A stretch of DNA of 21,426 nucleotides from a virus (Duplodnaviria; Heunggongvirae; Uroviricota; Caudoviricetes), in the IMG/VR virus record IMGVR_UViG_3300013121_000012, positions 1 to 21,426 of that record; one strand, given 5' to 3'. The translations under genes were made by a program, and so were the position numbers. Positions 7,628-16,126 of this stretch are shown here, in pieces. The number at the start of each line of letters is the position of its first letter. The stretch's first letter is position 1. The notes under the pieces were generated by a model that saw nothing but the letters and a program-made list of their open reading frames with translations, searched no databases and was not told the origin of the DNA.

Positions 7628-7700
7628 TCGAAACTCCGGTGGATTCTATGCCACCGTCGAGTCTGTGGGAACTGACCTACCCACACTGATGAGACTGGTC
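7625..7700 (+). ncRNA. Hammerhead ribozyme, type II (stem II open), with a pseudoknot
   Basis: Stem II AGTC 7626-7629 / GACT 7693-7696; GAAA 7630-7633; stem III 7633-7642 / 7651-7662 (2-nt bulge); GTC cleavage triplet 7661-7663; stem I TGTGGG 7664-7669 / CCCACA 7680-7685; core CTGATGA 7686-7692; loop I GACC 7674-7677 pairs with GGTC 7697-7700. Confidence 0.93.
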
Positions 7701-7711
7701 CAAGAGGTAAT

Positions 7712-7927
7712 ATGGTAACTGCGACAATGCAATTTTCAACCGATATGTTCTCATACAACAAAGACACGAGACGCTTCAATCAAGAAGCATCATCACTGGA
7801 ACTTCCCGCTGGCCAATGGCCACTTCGTCTTATCGAATGTATGAAACAAACCGGCGATTGGGAATCTGAAAAGAAAACAATTATCCAAGATTCCGAGTGG
7901 TTATCTAAAGGAGTGGAGGCAGGATGA
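7712..7927 (+). CDS. Hypothetical protein, 71 aa
   Basis: SD GAGGT at 7704-7708; ATGA overlap with the next ORF. Confidence 0.7.
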   Translation: MVTATMQFSTDMFSYNKDTRRFNQEASSLELPAGQWPLRLIECMKQTGDWESEKKTIIQDSEWLSKGVEAG

Positions 7928-8055
7928 TCAGTGTTGAAGCAATAGGCATTGTTCTCGCATTCTTTCTCGCGATAAATAGAAATGATCCGCTTGTATCGTT
8001 TCTTAAAGCCATCTTTTTCGGATGGTTCTATGTTTTTTGGTATATAATAACATAA
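7924..8055 (+). CDS. Small membrane protein, 43 aa (not in the ORF track)
   Basis: MISVEAIGIVLAFFLAINRNDPLVSFLKAIFFGWFYVFWYIIT*; GGAGG SD; two hydrophobic segments; fills the gap exactly. Confidence 0.75.
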   Translation: MISVEAIGIVLAFFLAINRNDPLVSFLKAIFFGWFYVFWYIIT

Positions 8056-8064
8056 GGAAGTATT

Positions 8065-8589
8065 ATGCAAGTTTTGGATATTGTGCCGCAATCAAATTTC
8101 AAACGTTCTATTAAGCGTAACAAACCAACTTGCGTTATCTCAATACGTGATCCATTCGACCGTCGTGGTTTTGGCCATAGCGGAAAGATGTCTCGCCCGC
8201 CATTCATATTTGGTTTGTTGACTATCCCAAAGTTGGCGCTTGTATTCGAAGATGTCAATCATCAGCTCGATGACAATGCGCCAACTAAAGACCACATTCA
8301 GCAGATCATTGATTTTGCAAGAGCGAATCCTGATGGAAAACTGGTTGTGCACTGTTGGGCCGGTCAATGTCGTTCGTCTGCGGCAGCTGCAATTTGCCAG
8401 ATAGCAAATGGGAGAGATCCAAAAGAAACGTTCGAAGATCTGTCAGAAAGATTCCTGCAGATTCATCCGAACCCACTTATGATAGACCACGCTCAAGAAA
8501 TTCTTGGCGGAAACATCCGCGAAGAATACGACAAGATGCGGCCATTGTGGATTTGGCGTTTCGAAAACAGTAATGGAATTTATCATTAA
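8065..8589 (+). CDS. Cys-based protein-tyrosine/dual-specificity phosphatase-like protein, 174 aa
   Basis: VVHCWAGQCRSSA (HCX5R P-loop), upstream FED general-acid loop, downstream PNPLM; SD AAGGAAG. Confidence 0.88.
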   Translation: MQVLDIVPQSNFKRSIKRNKPTCVISIRDPFDRRGFGHSGKMSRPPFIFGLLTIPKLALVFEDVNHQLDDNAPTKDHIQQIIDFARANPDGKLVVHCWAGQCRSSAAAAICQIANGRDPKETFEDLSERFLQIHPNPLMIDHAQEILGGNIREEYDKMRPLWIWRFENSNGIYH

Positions 8590-8620
8590 CTTTCATTAAC
8601 ACCTCCAACACCTCTCACGA

Positions 8621-8648
8621 AAGGGAGCCCGAAAGGGCTCCCTTTTTT
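8621..8648 (+). terminator. Rho-independent terminator
   Basis: AAGGGAGCCC-gaaa-GGGCTCCCTT-TTTT. Confidence 0.92.
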
Positions 8649-8699
8649 AGGCTCTCGTCAAAAGCCCACTTTTATCAGTCTTGATCCATAAAATAGATT

Positions 8700-9335
8700 A
8701 TGGCTAGAAAGAAAAAGCAATCATCACAATCAATCACAAAATACCTCGAGGAAAAAAGAAAGCGTATCGATCCGGCGCAACTGACAATCGTCAGCGAAAA
8801 AGAAACCGTAGAGAATCTTAATAAATCAAAGAAACAAAAAAGAAAATCATCAGAATCGGTCGACGTATTGTCTGAAATACTTCCAACAGCGGAAGAAAAA
8901 CCAAGCATTCCTAAACGCATATATGACTTTGTTTTTGGGTGGTTCTTGACAAAGAAAACAGATACTGAAAATATCTTTCAGCATGCAATTCGTCAGCTTT
9001 TGCCACCAGATTCTAGTGGCAAACCATCATGGCAACTATTTATCGTTCTCTGGGCTCTTGTCATCATGTCGTATGTGACTGCAGCAGAGATTCAAGTGGC
9101 TCTTTCATGGGTCATAACTTACAGCGAAAAGGGACAAGTTCTTACAAAGAAAATGCACGGTTTTAGTGAAGCATTTATTTACTTCATCATGATATTCGGC
9201 GGTGTTGTTTCTGGTCTTTTCTATAAGAGAGAAAAAGACAGAAAAGTTGCTGATGGAACCAATGCGGCGCCAGATGCACCTGGCATGCTCACTGCAGTAA
9301 AAGACCGCATAAGTGCATATATCTCTAAAAAATAA
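8700..9335 (+). CDS. Membrane protein with two predicted TM helices, holin candidate, 211 aa
   Basis: Basic soluble N-terminus; hydrophobic WQLFIVLWALVIMSYV and AFIYFIMIFGGVVSGLFY; adjacent to a spanin-like lipoprotein. The holin role is inferred from context only. Confidence 0.55.
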   Translation: MARKKKQSSQSITKYLEEKRKRIDPAQLTIVSEKETVENLNKSKKQKRKSSESVDVLSEILPTAEEKPSIPKRIYDFVFGWFLTKKTDTENIFQHAIRQLLPPDSSGKPSWQLFIVLWALVIMSYVTAAEIQVALSWVITYSEKGQVLTKKMHGFSEAFIYFIMIFGGVVSGLFYKREKDRKVADGTNAAPDAPGMLTAVKDRISAYISKK

Positions 9336-9338
9336 TAC

Positions 9339-9878
9339 ATGAAGGCTCTGATATTCGCTATTGCATTACTCGGAGCCGTAAATTGCTCTACCCTAAGTAA
9401 AGTCACTAATAAGCCATCACCTGAAGAAAAGATATACGTCGAATCGAAGAACAAAGAAGACTTCGATATCAAACTCAAAAACCCAAAAGAAAGCGAGTAC
9501 ATCATAAAGTTTAAAGATGAGGATAGCAAGCGTGTCCTCGTCATTACTAACCCAGCGACAGGTTCTAAGTGGACTATGTCGGTCAGAGACTTTAAGATCT
9601 TCACAATAGGGTATAAAAACTGGCGCTCTGTAGAAGACATTAAGCCAGTCATAACGGAAATCAAAGAGGACGGCGAGTGGATTTCATTCACGTTTAATTA
9701 CTACAAAGAATTGACAGACGATAATCAGTCATTTAAGGCATCTATACTTTCTGGAGTTGTTTCCATTAACAAGAAGTACGTTCGTACCTCTAAAGACGAG
9801 AATAGTAAATATTGGATATGGGGACTCGGTGCGTATAGTGCAATCATCACAACGATTCTTTTTATCGTAATTCTCTAA
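9339..9878 (+). CDS. Lipoprotein with a C-terminal TM helix, unimolecular-spanin-like, 179 aa
   Basis: Signal MKALIFAIALLGAVN-C16; beta-strand-like middle; C-terminal YWIWGLGAYSAIITTILFIVIL. Confidence 0.62.
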   Translation: MKALIFAIALLGAVNCSTLSKVTNKPSPEEKIYVESKNKEDFDIKLKNPKESEYIIKFKDEDSKRVLVITNPATGSKWTMSVRDFKIFTIGYKNWRSVEDIKPVITEIKEDGEWISFTFNYYKELTDDNQSFKASILSGVVSINKKYVRTSKDENSKYWIWGLGAYSAIITTILFIVIL

Positions 9879-9887
9879 GATTCTTCT

Positions 9888-9924
9888 AAATATAAAAACA
9901 GATGCATCTCCGTCGGCAGACGGA
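9888..9924 (+). promoter_or_regulatory. Putative late promoter followed by a 5' GNRA hairpin, heading the head operon
   Basis: (T)AAATATA at 9887-9894; TCCGTC-ggca-GACGGA at 9909-9924; AAGGAG SD follows. Confidence 0.55.
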
Positions 9925-9945
9925 ACAAAGGAGAAAAACATAGCT

Positions 9946-11190
9946 ATGGATTTTGAAACACTACAACGAGTAAAGGAATCAGTCAATACATTTAATGACG
10001 CTGAATTTGTATCACTCGTAAACGAAAACACTGTACTCATAAAAAGTCTAAGAAACGAATCTGTCTGGAAAGTAGGATTCGCAATCAACGAAGATGATGT
10101 TCTAGTATTTGACGCAACTGGCGCAGAATGCGTTCAGGAAGGCGATGCTAGCGCAGATCAAATCGTTGAATCACAAAATAAGGAATTGAACGAGAACCTC
10201 TTAAAGATGTTTTCATTTGATGAATCAGAACGTGAAGAAGCAAAAGCTTCACTTAAGTCTCTGTTCGAAAACACAATTCCAGAAGATGAATTTGCAAAGC
10301 TTAAATCAAGTGAAAGCCAGTTCTCTTCAAAACTCGATAAAGCACTCGTATCAGAAGGCACAATCCCACAAGTTGCAAAGATCGCTGAGAAGTTCAGTGA
10401 TAAATTTGGCAAATGGATTGCTGCAGAAAGCGAACTCATTGAATCAGCTTCAATGTTCGCAGAAGACTTCTCAATTAAGAAAGAAAAATTCGTGGATCCT
10501 ATCCATGTACTTGACGTCGCAGAATTCAAGCGTCTCGAAGAATCTTCAAATGACTCTGTAATCGAATCAATCTTGAAATTCAAGCAAGTACTCGATGAAT
10601 CTTATGGTTCAAAAGTAGGAACATATATCTTCGAAAATATCAAGCATGATTCTAAACTCTCTCATATCCTAAAAACTCTTGTTACTGCTAAGAAAACTCT
10701 TGGCGAAGATGGAGCAAAGATTGAAAGCGTTAATGAGGAAGCTAAGAAGCTCGAAGGTATCCTTAAAGATACATTCGCAGAAGTCTATTCAGAAAATGCA
10801 TTTACTGCAAGCGATCGTCCAAACTCAGTGATCTTCAATCAAATTGAAAATCCTGGTCGTTACCGTTTCCTTGCTTACAAATCAGGTATCTTTGAGATGG
10901 CGGATCTAAACGCTATGATCGAAGAATTCCAATCAGTCAAGGCAACATACCTAAACAACATGTCTCGTGAAGACTTGATGTTCATTAATGAGATGGAATC
11001 TCGCATCATGTACATGCAACGTACGAACAACATTAGCGACCAAGTAGTTGCTGACGTTCTTACTCAGTTCGGTCAACGCTTCGCACGCACACAACAAGGT
11101 CCAATTGGAGACAATGGTAAACTTGGATTTGTGTCTGATAGTGAAAGATTCTCTCGTAACTTCAACTTTGGAACACAGAAGGTAGCCTAA
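9946..11190 (+). CDS. Acidic helical protein, probable prohead core/head-associated protein, 414 aa
   Basis: Long ORF in the head operon with many (L/I/V)xE potential maturation sites (LVNE, IVES, LNE, LFE, LIES, LDES); function inferred from position. Confidence 0.6.
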   Translation: MDFETLQRVKESVNTFNDAEFVSLVNENTVLIKSLRNESVWKVGFAINEDDVLVFDATGAECVQEGDASADQIVESQNKELNENLLKMFSFDESEREEAKASLKSLFENTIPEDEFAKLKSSESQFSSKLDKALVSEGTIPQVAKIAEKFSDKFGKWIAAESELIESASMFAEDFSIKKEKFVDPIHVLDVAEFKRLEESSNDSVIESILKFKQVLDESYGSKVGTYIFENIKHDSKLSHILKTLVTAKKTLGEDGAKIESVNEEAKKLEGILKDTFAEVYSENAFTASDRPNSVIFNQIENPGRYRFLAYKSGIFEMADLNAMIEEFQSVKATYLNNMSREDLMFINEMESRIMYMQRTNNISDQVVADVLTQFGQRFARTQQGPIGDNGKLGFVSDSERFSRNFNFGTQKVA

Positions 11191-11567
11191 TGCCAAAATC
11201 ATTCAAAGAATATTTGGCTATTATTCAGGAAGAAAAGACTCATGAAGATTTGAGTCTTTTCTATGTACACGTTCCGTGTAATGTTTATGAAGGAAAATAC
11301 TATAACTATTCTTCATGGAATGTGAAGGTAGAGGCTGATTCTGACAAAGAGGCTCTTAAAATAATCAAGAACCCAAAAACTAAAAAAGCAATTCTTGAAT
11401 ATCTAAACGACGTCAAACAAGCAAATGGAAAAAGAGTTATTCCTCTTGAAGATTACAAGAGTGGAAAAATTTGGCCAGAAAAATCTCACATTGCTAAAAA
11501 ACTTAACTACGAAGGATCAGTTAAAAGATACATTTCAAAAACTGGTGAGTACATAAAAAATCGATAA
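11190..11567 (+). CDS. Putative head-internal protein, 125 aa
   Basis: TAATG stop/start coupling; N-terminus MPKSFKEYLAIIQEE is close to the T4 internal-protein leader. Confidence 0.75.
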   Translation: MPKSFKEYLAIIQEEKTHEDLSLFYVHVPCNVYEGKYYNYSSWNVKVEADSDKEALKIIKNPKTKKAILEYLNDVKQANGKRVIPLEDYKSGKIWPEKSHIAKKLNYEGSVKRYISKTGEYIKNR

Positions 11568-11575
11568 GGAATAAT

Positions 11576-12226
11576 ATGAACCAAGTATACATCTCAGAAG
11601 CACTCGACGCAAAATCATTCGGATATTCCGAAGAAGTTATTGGCGAAGATGCTAACGGACCAATCCGTCAAATCGTAATTGAAGGCGAATATCAGCGTGC
11701 TGGTCAAAAGAATAAGAATCAGAGAGTATACTCTGAAGAACTTCTTGGCCGCGAGACACATATTCTTGCAGAACAAATCAAAGCGCGCAATGGTATTCCT
11801 GGTGAGCTCGATCATCCACTTCCTGGTAACACAGAGAAAGATCTCATTCTTGCGCAACGCGTATCAATGAGAAATGCTGCTATCCTCAATGTATCACTTG
11901 AAATGACTAACAAAGTTGTTTATGGTAAGTCGATCGTTGTTGAAGAGAGCACAGACGGAAGAGCTCTCATGGGATTCCTTAAGAAAAAGTGGAAGCCGGG
12001 TATTTCTTCTCGTGGTCTCGGTGGTAAGCCAATGATGAGTGCAGAAGGTTATCTCCAAGTTCCTATGGACTATCGCATGGTTACATACGATATCGTTTCA
12101 AATCCAAGCAACCACAACTCAATCCTTCGTCAAAGAATGGATGAAGAGTTTGCGATGCTTGAAATGGAAATGAAAAAGAAAACTCAGAACATGTTTTCAT
12201 TCTTCACAGGATTGACAAAGAAATAA
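11576..12226 (+). CDS. gp21: Prohead core protease (T4 gp21-like), 216 aa
   Basis: NKNQRVYS, GELDHP, GISSRGLG and YDIVSNPS motifs; upstream of the scaffold and capsid genes. Confidence 0.93.
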   Translation: MNQVYISEALDAKSFGYSEEVIGEDANGPIRQIVIEGEYQRAGQKNKNQRVYSEELLGRETHILAEQIKARNGIPGELDHPLPGNTEKDLILAQRVSMRNAAILNVSLEMTNKVVYGKSIVVEESTDGRALMGFLKKKWKPGISSRGLGGKPMMSAEGYLQVPMDYRMVTYDIVSNPSNHNSILRQRMDEEFAMLEMEMKKKTQNMFSFFTGLTKK

Positions 12227-12675
12227 TGAGCAAGAATCTTTACGAATTTTTCAACGAAATGGCTATGGCTCCTAAAGTTGCGGAGCCAAAAGCAAAAGAT
12301 TATCATCCTAAAGTTGAAGGTGCTTATATTACTATCGCCGACCAGTTAGAAGAGTATATCGACAAAGTTCTTCTTAAAAAGGATAGCAAATCATATAGAC
12401 AACCTAATCCGGAAAAAGGGGCACTTCCAGTTGTTGTTGCAATCCCAGACGGGATCAGATCAAAAATTGAAAAAGCTTCTCGACAAGCCCAAGAAACTCT
12501 CGAGAAAAAACACGGAGAGACAAAGGGTTTTGGAATTTGGTTCGATAAAAAGAACGCTATGTATGTTGATGAAATCTTAAGAAAAAGATATAAGAAGAGC
12601 GGATGGAAAAATGTTCATATAAATTTCAACGAGAAGACAAAAAAATTCGAAGTACTTCTATATAAACAATCATAA
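12226..12675 (+). CDS. Hypothetical basic protein, possible head-internal protein, 149 aa
   Basis: TAATG coupling; N-terminus MSKNLYEFFNEM. Confidence 0.72.
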   Translation: MSKNLYEFFNEMAMAPKVAEPKAKDYHPKVEGAYITIADQLEEYIDKVLLKKDSKSYRQPNPEKGALPVVVAIPDGIRSKIEKASRQAQETLEKKHGETKGFGIWFDKKNAMYVDEILRKRYKKSGWKNVHINFNEKTKKFEVLLYKQS

Positions 12676-12697
12676 GGAATAAATTCTGCCAGAAATA

Positions 12698-13330
12698 ATG
12701 AAAGAAGATGTTAAAAAAGTAATTGGTGATTTTGAGGTCGAAGTCTCTAGATCGTCTATTTTTATCGACAATACAACAAAAAGCTACTCAGACTTTAATT
12801 TTGATAAAAAGTATACTAAAAAAATATTTAATGCAATCAATAAAGCAATATCAACCAATAGATCGATCGATTTAACTATTGGAGAAGATGAGATTTCAAT
12901 TATAGCAAATCACAACAACAATACTATATTTTTAGCATACAACGGAAGTCAATATGATGATGTTTCTGTAGAAATACCAATAAAAGATATGAAGGCTATA
13001 ATGAAATTCGTATTAGCCTCTATGGAAATTAAAGGCAAACAAACATCGGAGGGAATTATGCCAAAAGAAAAATCAATATTCTCAGAGGACTTTGATCAAG
13101 TCGAAGAATACTTCAAACGAAATACTAAAGCACCAGTCAAGGTGTCAAAAGAACAGATCAATGAGCAAGCAGAAGTACTAACAGCTTTTGAATGCGCAAT
13201 GACTGATATGAGAGATATGGTCTCTCAAAACCCAATGGTTGTATCGCAAAATGCGGCAGCTATGAACGGTATACTACAGAGATTGTACGATGTTATACGC
13301 GAAATCGAAACCATTAAAGCTAATGTTTAA
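12698..13330 (+). CDS. Hypothetical protein, 210 aa, with a probable internal in-frame start at 13058
   Basis: Open frame in the head operon; GGAGGG SD at 13048-13053 ahead of in-frame ATG 13058. Confidence 0.6.
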   Translation: MKEDVKKVIGDFEVEVSRSSIFIDNTTKSYSDFNFDKKYTKKIFNAINKAISTNRSIDLTIGEDEISIIANHNNNTIFLAYNGSQYDDVSVEIPIKDMKAIMKFVLASMEIKGKQTSEGIMPKEKSIFSEDFDQVEEYFKRNTKAPVKVSKEQINEQAEVLTAFECAMTDMRDMVSQNPMVVSQNAAAMNGILQRLYDVIREIETIKANV

Positions 13331-13390
13331 CATTTCGCGTATATTTGCGCAATCCGAAGAAATATACAAATAACGGAGGAAATTATTTTC

Positions 13391-14299
13391 ATGGATATTG
13401 TGAAACAAACACTTGAAAAGTTCAAAGCGATTCTTGAAAATCTTTCCATTACTGATGAACAGTCAGTTGCTTTATCAGAAGCAATTGCTGCCCTCAATAA
13501 GGATACGATTGACAAGATCACTACAATGAACGAAGAAATTTCCTCTCTCAAAAAACAAATTGAAAGCGCTCCGGCCTCTGCATACTCAGAAGCACAAATC
13601 GAGAAAGCTTTTGAAATGTTAGAAGCTGACTGCGAAAAAGCAGCAAATGCAATGGTGGAAGAAGCTCGCGCTGAATTCGCTAAGCAGTTGGCCGAAGGTC
13701 TTCATGATATGTATGAAGACGTTGAAAAGAGAGTGAAAAAAGAATTCGAAAATTCAACCGAATTCAAAGCTCTGAAATCAGTTGTCGAGAGTATCGCTCC
13801 GATTGCTGGTGCTTCTGATGAAGCAACACGCAAGAAAGTCGAAGAACTCCAAAAGCAACTCGATGAAGTTAGCAAAGAGAAATCTGCGCTTCAGTTTTCA
13901 GAAGCAGTAAACGAACTTATTGCCGATTATACAGGCACAAAGAAAGAAAAGTTGAAAGACTATCTCGAAGGTGCAAAATCAGTTGAAGAAGTTTACGAAA
14001 GATATGCAGCAATTGCTGAGATCCTCGAAGAGGGCGCTTCAGCTCCAGCAGCGGCAGCACCAACAAACGAAGACGCAAGTCTTACAGCCGAAGGTGATGA
14101 CGAAGAGGAAGAAGAAGTAGAGGATGAAGATCCTGATCTTGGTGATATTGAAGACGAAGAAGAAGAGGAAGAGGAAGAAGAAGGAGACGATAACTTCAAT
14201 GAAGATTTCGTACGTTCATCTGGCGCCGATTTGAAAGGTCTTTCAAAATCACAGCAAGAAGCTATGGCATGGTTAGTCCATGCAAGACAAAGCGTATAA
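13391..14299 (+). CDS. Prohead scaffolding protein (T4 gp22-like by position), 302 aa
   Basis: Coiled-coil-like, E/A/K-rich, many (I/L)xE sites, long D/E tract near the C-terminus; directly before the capsid gene; GGAGGA SD. Confidence 0.8.
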   Translation: MDIVKQTLEKFKAILENLSITDEQSVALSEAIAALNKDTIDKITTMNEEISSLKKQIESAPASAYSEAQIEKAFEMLEADCEKAANAMVEEARAEFAKQLAEGLHDMYEDVEKRVKKEFENSTEFKALKSVVESIAPIAGASDEATRKKVEELQKQLDEVSKEKSALQFSEAVNELIADYTGTKKEKLKDYLEGAKSVEEVYERYAAIAEILEEGASAPAAAAPTNEDASLTAEGDDEEEEEVEDEDPDLGDIEDEEEEEEEEEGDDNFNEDFVRSSGADLKGLSKSQQEAMAWLVHARQSV

Positions 14300-14322
14300 A
14301 TTAAAAGGAGAAAGAAATTATT

Positions 14323-16050
14323 ATGCCTACTAATCCAGAATTAGAAAAAAAGAAGGCCGAAGAACAAGCAATGATGGAACGTTGGTCCATCGCTCTTGAA
14401 GCTGACGGTGGTATCGCGGACGAATATGTAGCACGTCAAACTGCTATCGTTCTAGAAAACTACTGGAAGTTCCTTAAGAAGCACCCAATTCTTATGGCCG
14501 AAGATAAGGTCACTACATCACAATTCAGCGGTGTAAACTTGGCACTTATCGGTGTTATTCGTCGTGTAATCCCAGCAATCGTTGGTCAACAACTTGTTGG
14601 TATGCAAGCGAAACCAACACCAGACTCAAAAGTATTTACAATGGTCCCATCTCGTGGCGATTCAAAGAACAGTGTTCTTGATGGTCAAGAAATCTGGAAC
14701 CACCCAATTCCATCTAAGCCATCCGGTTCAGCGGGAATTCTCGGTGAAGATTTCGGCTACTCATCAAACGTAGTTCAAGAAACGATCAACGTAGGTGCAC
14801 CTACAGTAGCAAACGAACCAGAAGCTTCTGGTGATTTCCAATTTGCAGCCGGTGTTGTCTCAAAAGACTTCTACTGGGCGAAACAAGGTAACAAGCAAAA
14901 AGACGGTATTGCACCACAATACTCACTTATCTTGAACAACACTGTTTCAATGCAAGTAGTCGGTGTCGCTAACGACGCTTACAACGGAAAAATCCTACAA
15001 GCCGTAACTTTCCCAGGATCGTACTACGGTTCAGGTACAATCGCAGCAGTCAACGCAATGACAGCGAAGCTAACTACTCCGCTCACAGCGCTTACAGGTG
15101 CAGTTGTAACTAAGACAGGTTCAACAATCGCAAACGTTCCAACACTCGACTATACGCAACCAGCGTCATTGACAGGTGTTGCAGTTGCCGCAGCTTACCA
15201 AATCGGTGGCCTCGCAACTACAGACGTAGCAATTGTTCTTTCATACGAAGTATCTATGGAAGGAAACGTCAACCAGCCAGAACTTGGTTTGAGAATTGAC
15301 GGTGCCGACACAGGTATTATCAAGCGTATGTTAAGAGGACGTTACACTCTTGATGCAGCGTTCGATATGAACGTGTTGCATGGTATCGATCTCGAAAGCG
15401 AGCTCGTTAACCTAATGAAACTCGATATCACAAACGGTATCAACCGTGAAATCGTTGATGACCTTCGCAAGATGGCCGCAATCAACCAAGTACTCGATTT
15501 TAACGCGTACGTTTCACCAACACCATCTAACGGTACAGTTATCTCTGGTAACTACGAAGATACACACCGTCTACTTCTGGATTCAATCCACCAAGTAGCG
15601 GCAAAGATCTGGAACTTGGGACGTCTAGGTAAAGGCAACTTTGTTGTCGGTAACCCAGTAACTCTCGCGTTCTTGTCTCGCGTTAGTGGATTCTCAGGAT
15701 CTGGAGTTACAGCGAATGCTAGTGGATTAACTTACACTGGTTCTCTCGGTGGTAACCTCAAGTTCTACGAAGATCCACAGTACCCAGCGGGTGAACTATT
15801 GATTGGTTACAAAGGACAAGGCGCTATGGACGCTGGTTACCTCCACTGCCCATATCTCCCAGTCACTGCGACACCAACAATGAACCAAGTAGAAACTGGC
15901 GATCCAATCAAGATTTTCTACACACGTTATGGTAAAACATACCGTGCGTTCAACCCAAAGAATGGTAAAGCGAACGACAACGTTATTTACGCAGGTGAAT
16001 ATCAGTACGCACGCCTTTCACTCAAAAACCTCCCATTGGTTCTTAGCTAA
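14323..16050 (+). CDS. gp23: Major capsid protein (T4 gp23-like), 575 aa
   Basis: TAIVLEN, IRRVIPAIVGQQLVGMQAKPTP, LHGIDLESEL...INREIV, GKGNFVV, LIGYKG...DAGYLHCPYLP and TRYG motifs; biased codon use; strong terminator after. Confidence 0.95.
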   Translation: MPTNPELEKKKAEEQAMMERWSIALEADGGIADEYVARQTAIVLENYWKFLKKHPILMAEDKVTTSQFSGVNLALIGVIRRVIPAIVGQQLVGMQAKPTPDSKVFTMVPSRGDSKNSVLDGQEIWNHPIPSKPSGSAGILGEDFGYSSNVVQETINVGAPTVANEPEASGDFQFAAGVVSKDFYWAKQGNKQKDGIAPQYSLILNNTVSMQVVGVANDAYNGKILQAVTFPGSYYGSGTIAAVNAMTAKLTTPLTALTGAVVTKTGSTIANVPTLDYTQPASLTGVAVAAAYQIGGLATTDVAIVLSYEVSMEGNVNQPELGLRIDGADTGIIKRMLRGRYTLDAAFDMNVLHGIDLESELVNLMKLDITNGINREIVDDLRKMAAINQVLDFNAYVSPTPSNGTVISGNYEDTHRLLLDSIHQVAAKIWNLGRLGKGNFVVGNPVTLAFLSRVSGFSGSGVTANASGLTYTGSLGGNLKFYEDPQYPAGELLIGYKGQGAMDAGYLHCPYLPVTATPTMNQVETGDPIKIFYTRYGKTYRAFNPKNGKANDNVIYAGEYQYARLSLKNLPLVLS

Positions 16051-16074
16051 TCAATAGGAATCGAGTGATTCAAT

Positions 16075-16104
16075 AAAGAGGAGCTTCGGCTCCTCTTTTT
16101 TTTT
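16075..16104 (+). terminator. Rho-independent terminator after the major capsid gene
   Basis: AAAGAGGAGC-ttcg-GCTCCTCTTT plus a long T run (cUUCGg tetraloop). Confidence 0.95.
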
Positions 16105-16126
16105 GCTCATACTAATACAATAAACT

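Noticed and set aside
14090..14195. GAA/GAG/GAT-rich low-complexity repeat
   Set aside because: Simply encodes the acidic tract of the scaffold protein.
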